DNA of 64,000 nt from Squalus acanthias (lineage: Eukaryota). Below, one piece after another: positions 61,211-64,000 of the stretch. Every line of letters begins with the position of its first letter. Position 1 is the stretch's first letter. The position numbers were made by a program, and so were the translations under genes. The notes beneath the pieces are model-generated. The model saw only the letters and a program-made list of their open reading frames with translations, searched no databases and was not told the DNA's origin. The stretch lies in contig CM059432.1 in assembly GCA_030390025.1 (NCBI GenBank), positions 88,352,001-88,416,000 on the forward strand, given 5' to 3'.

Positions 61211-63812
61211 GGGTCGCAATTTCGCCAACCGAGGTGGGTCCGGGGCGGTCGGTGTCGCGGTCCCAGCCCGCTGCCTACTGCAGCTCGCACTCTCCAAGTG
61301 ATTTTACATTGATTGGGCTTGTTAAACCCGCCCTGCGAGGTTCCCGGACAATTAAAAGGAAGCGGGTTTGATGACATCATTTGATGACGCACCATTAGCT
61401 GGTTTCCTTAAAGGAGCCATGTCCAAATTGATTTTGACTTCTGTTGTCAGTGTTCTGCAGCATTGAGGTGCTGCAAACACTGACAAGCACTGCACAAAGG
61501 CTGCACCCAGGCTCTCCCATGACTCCCTCCATATGCTTATGGAGGGAGTCACAGCATGCAGGAAGTTTCCCTTCCCTTCCCATGGGCGGAAGAGACCTCC
61601 CCAGGAGATCAACACAGCCTGGTTGCCCAAGCAGGGATGTCATCAGGAGGACTAGGCTGCAGTGGTGCAAACCTTTCAATGATCCCAGTAGATCACGAAA
61701 CATTACTGCCAAGCCACACTCAACCTCATCCTGCTGTGCCACTCATCACATCCCCATCACTCTGCCTTCCCTATCCTACTCCTGCACATCCTTACTCACA
61801 CCAACGTACCTTGCACCTCCACCCATCCCTCTCTATCTACATAAGAACATAAGAAGTAGGAGCACGAATAGGCCATTTGGCCCTTCGAGCCTGCTCCGCC
61901 ATGGCTGATCTTCTACCTCATCTCCACTTTCCTGCACTATCCCCATATCCCTTGATTCCCTTAATATTCAAAAATCTATCGATCTCTGTCTTGAATATAC
62001 TTCACGACTGAGCCTCCACAGCCCTCTGGGGTAGAGAATTCCAAGGATTCACCACCCTCTGAGTGAAGAAATTTCTCCTCATCTCAGTCCTAAATGGCCG
62101 ACCCCTTATTCTGAGACTGTGACCCCTGGTTCTAGACTCCCCAGCCAGGGAAACATCCTCCCTGCATCCACCCTGTCAAGCCCTGTAAGAATTTTGTATG
62201 TTTCAATGAGATCACCTCTCATTCTTCTAAACTCTGGAGAATATAGGTCTAGTCTACTCAATCTTTCCTCATAGGATAATCCCCCCATCCCAGGAATCAG
62301 TCTGGTGAACCTTCGTTGCACTCCCTCTATGGCAAGTATATCCCTCCTTAGGTAAGGAGACGAAAACTGTACATCATTTTCCAGGTGTTGTCTCACCAGG
62401 GCCCTATATAATTGCAGTAAGACGTCTTTGCTCTTTTACTCAAATCCTCTTGTAATAAAGGCCAACATACCATTTGCTTTCCTCATTGCTTGCTGTACCT
62501 GCCTGTTAACATTCAGTGATTTGTGTACAAGGACACCCAGGTCCCTCTGAACACCAACATTTCCCAATCTCTTACCATTTAAAAAATATTCTGCTTTTCT
62601 ATTTTTCATACAAAAGTGAATAACTTCATATTTCTCCACATTATATTCCATTTGCCATGTTCTTACCCATTCACTTAGCCTGTATATATCCCTATATCCC
62701 ATGATCTACATTATCGCTTCCCCATTTCACTAGCCACCCCTCACACTCACCCTCATCCTACTGCAAGCATATCAACTAACAACACACAAGGGTAGGCACT
62801 TGGGTGGTTTAGCCAATGTGAAGTTTCTGGTAATGTGCTGTCAAACATTGAAACCTTTATTTTCAGCACTTTGCGTTCTTGGACAGATTTGTGTGCATCT
62901 TTGGAAGTGGCTTAGTGAGTTGTAGTGAATGGTGAGACATAACGTTCCCCCACGCAAGGGTGATGAGTGTGAAAGGAATGGCTTGGGCATTGTAAGAATG
63001 CTTTATGGTGTTGGTGTGGGGTGGTGCCAACCTGGCGCATCATTTGGCATCCAGGGTGTACAGTGTCAAGTGAAGTAAATGTGGCCATGGTGAGGCCATC
63101 CCTGGTGTCCCATGCAGCAATGTGGTTGGGTGCTGATGCCCTGTGTCCTGTGCAGCATCAGTCGATTGCAGAGAAGGCTGGTGTTGTTGTTGCTGCTGGT
63201 GTGCCTGGTGCTGCTGGTGTTGGGGCTGATCTTGGTGGGATTCTAATTCCAAGGTGAGATATTTTCAAGGGCAACGATGCTGATGGAATAGATGGCAGGT
63301 GAGGTTGAGATGACAGAAGCGATCTGTCAATGGTGAGAGAGGTTGTTCCAATGAGGTGGCACTGGATAGAGAGTTTGCTCCAAACACTTGCAAGCTGCAG
63401 AAAGCTCAATCTGTCTTCCAAATGTAGTAACCAACAGTTTCTGAGCTTTGAAAGTGAACAGCTGTAACATGGGATCTTTCATACAACTTTGGCAGCTGTT
63501 AGGTCATGAGATAATTCAATGCTGAACCCACTCACAACATGCTGAGCTGACGTGTAACCCGTGGGAGAGCACGTAAAATTGAAATGTAGGCTTAAAATAA
63601 CAGTTAATTGGATGTTAACAACCCATTTAATGATGTGAATTGCCTCCCCCGCCGCTTGGTGTCGGGTCTGTTCAGCGCCGACAGACCCGACACCTGGTAG
63701 ACTCGCGTGAAGGCGTGTTGACAGCGGGTTCCCTACCTGCTGTCAATCTTTGCTATTTTGACAGTGGACCCGCCTCCGAACCCGCCCTCTGAGTGCTGGC
63801 AAAATTCAGCCC
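61211..63812. mobile_element. Harbinger deletion derivative (inner copy, opposite orientation)
   Basis: Ends GGGTCGCAATTTCGCCA / TGGCAAAATTCAGCCC. Myb remnant on + at ~61490-61700 (AAPRLSHDSLHMLMEGV...RRTRLQWCKPFND). Confidence 0.82.
61843..62703 (-). mobile_element. CR1 LINE 3' fragment nested in the inner Harbinger
   Basis: WQMEYNVEKYEVIHF, VQRRFTRLIPGM. TSD ATCTACAT at 61835-61842 and 62704-62711. Confidence 0.93.
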
Positions 63813-64000
63813 AAAGATTTCAATGTTTGACAGCACATTAACTTCACATGAACATTGGCTAAAACAACCAAGTGCCTATCCTTGTGTGTTGTTAGTTGGT
63901 ATGATTTGACTAGGATGAGGGTGAGTGTGAGTGGTGGCTAGTGAGATGGGGAGGTGATAATGTAGATAGAGAGGGATGGGTGGAGGTGCAAAGTAAGTTG

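Larger units (their letters stand above)
60265..64000. mobile_element. Harbinger deletion derivative (outer copy: 60265-61208 and 63813 to beyond the window end)
   Basis: 60720-61208 is an inverted copy of 62860-63360, and 63813-64000 is an inverted copy of 62704-62860 plus 61800-61842. Confidence 0.8.

Noticed and set aside
63040..63252. Gln/His-rich ORF as a host gene
   Set aside because: Low-complexity segment within the Harbinger derivative, duplicated in inverted form at 60800-61000.

Overview
Eukaryotic, repeat-dense vertebrate DNA. The SINE/LINE families (HER1-like CR1, SacSINE1/Deu-type SINE, shark-type Penelope ends) suggest a cartilaginous fish; this is inference. The first ~1.3 kb is a CpG-rich promoter with a candidate non-coding first exon ending at a GTAAGA donor at 1175. 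The rest looks like one long + strand intron: I could not identify any intact host coding exon. By hand tally about a third of the window is PIF/Harbinger-derived. This includes decayed two-gene elements (spliced Myb/SANT gene convergent with a DDE transposase), internal-deletion derivatives, and several MITE families with GGG..AAATT termini and 3-bp TSDs. The remainder is CR1, L2, a CR1-group (Crack/Daphne-like) LINE, Penelope-like elements and three SINE families, often nested. Most notable observations: (1) MITEs with hairpins that covary between diverged copies and with positionally conserved triplets of perfect 5' splice-site sequences; (2) a MITE family made by fusing the first codons of the two Harbinger genes; (3) a SINE insertion mosaic with locally templated DNA; (4) a minimal hammerhead ribozyme in a Penelope end; (5) a Harbinger inserted inverted into its own family. 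All coordinates were read by eye, and the ends of degraded elements are approximate.
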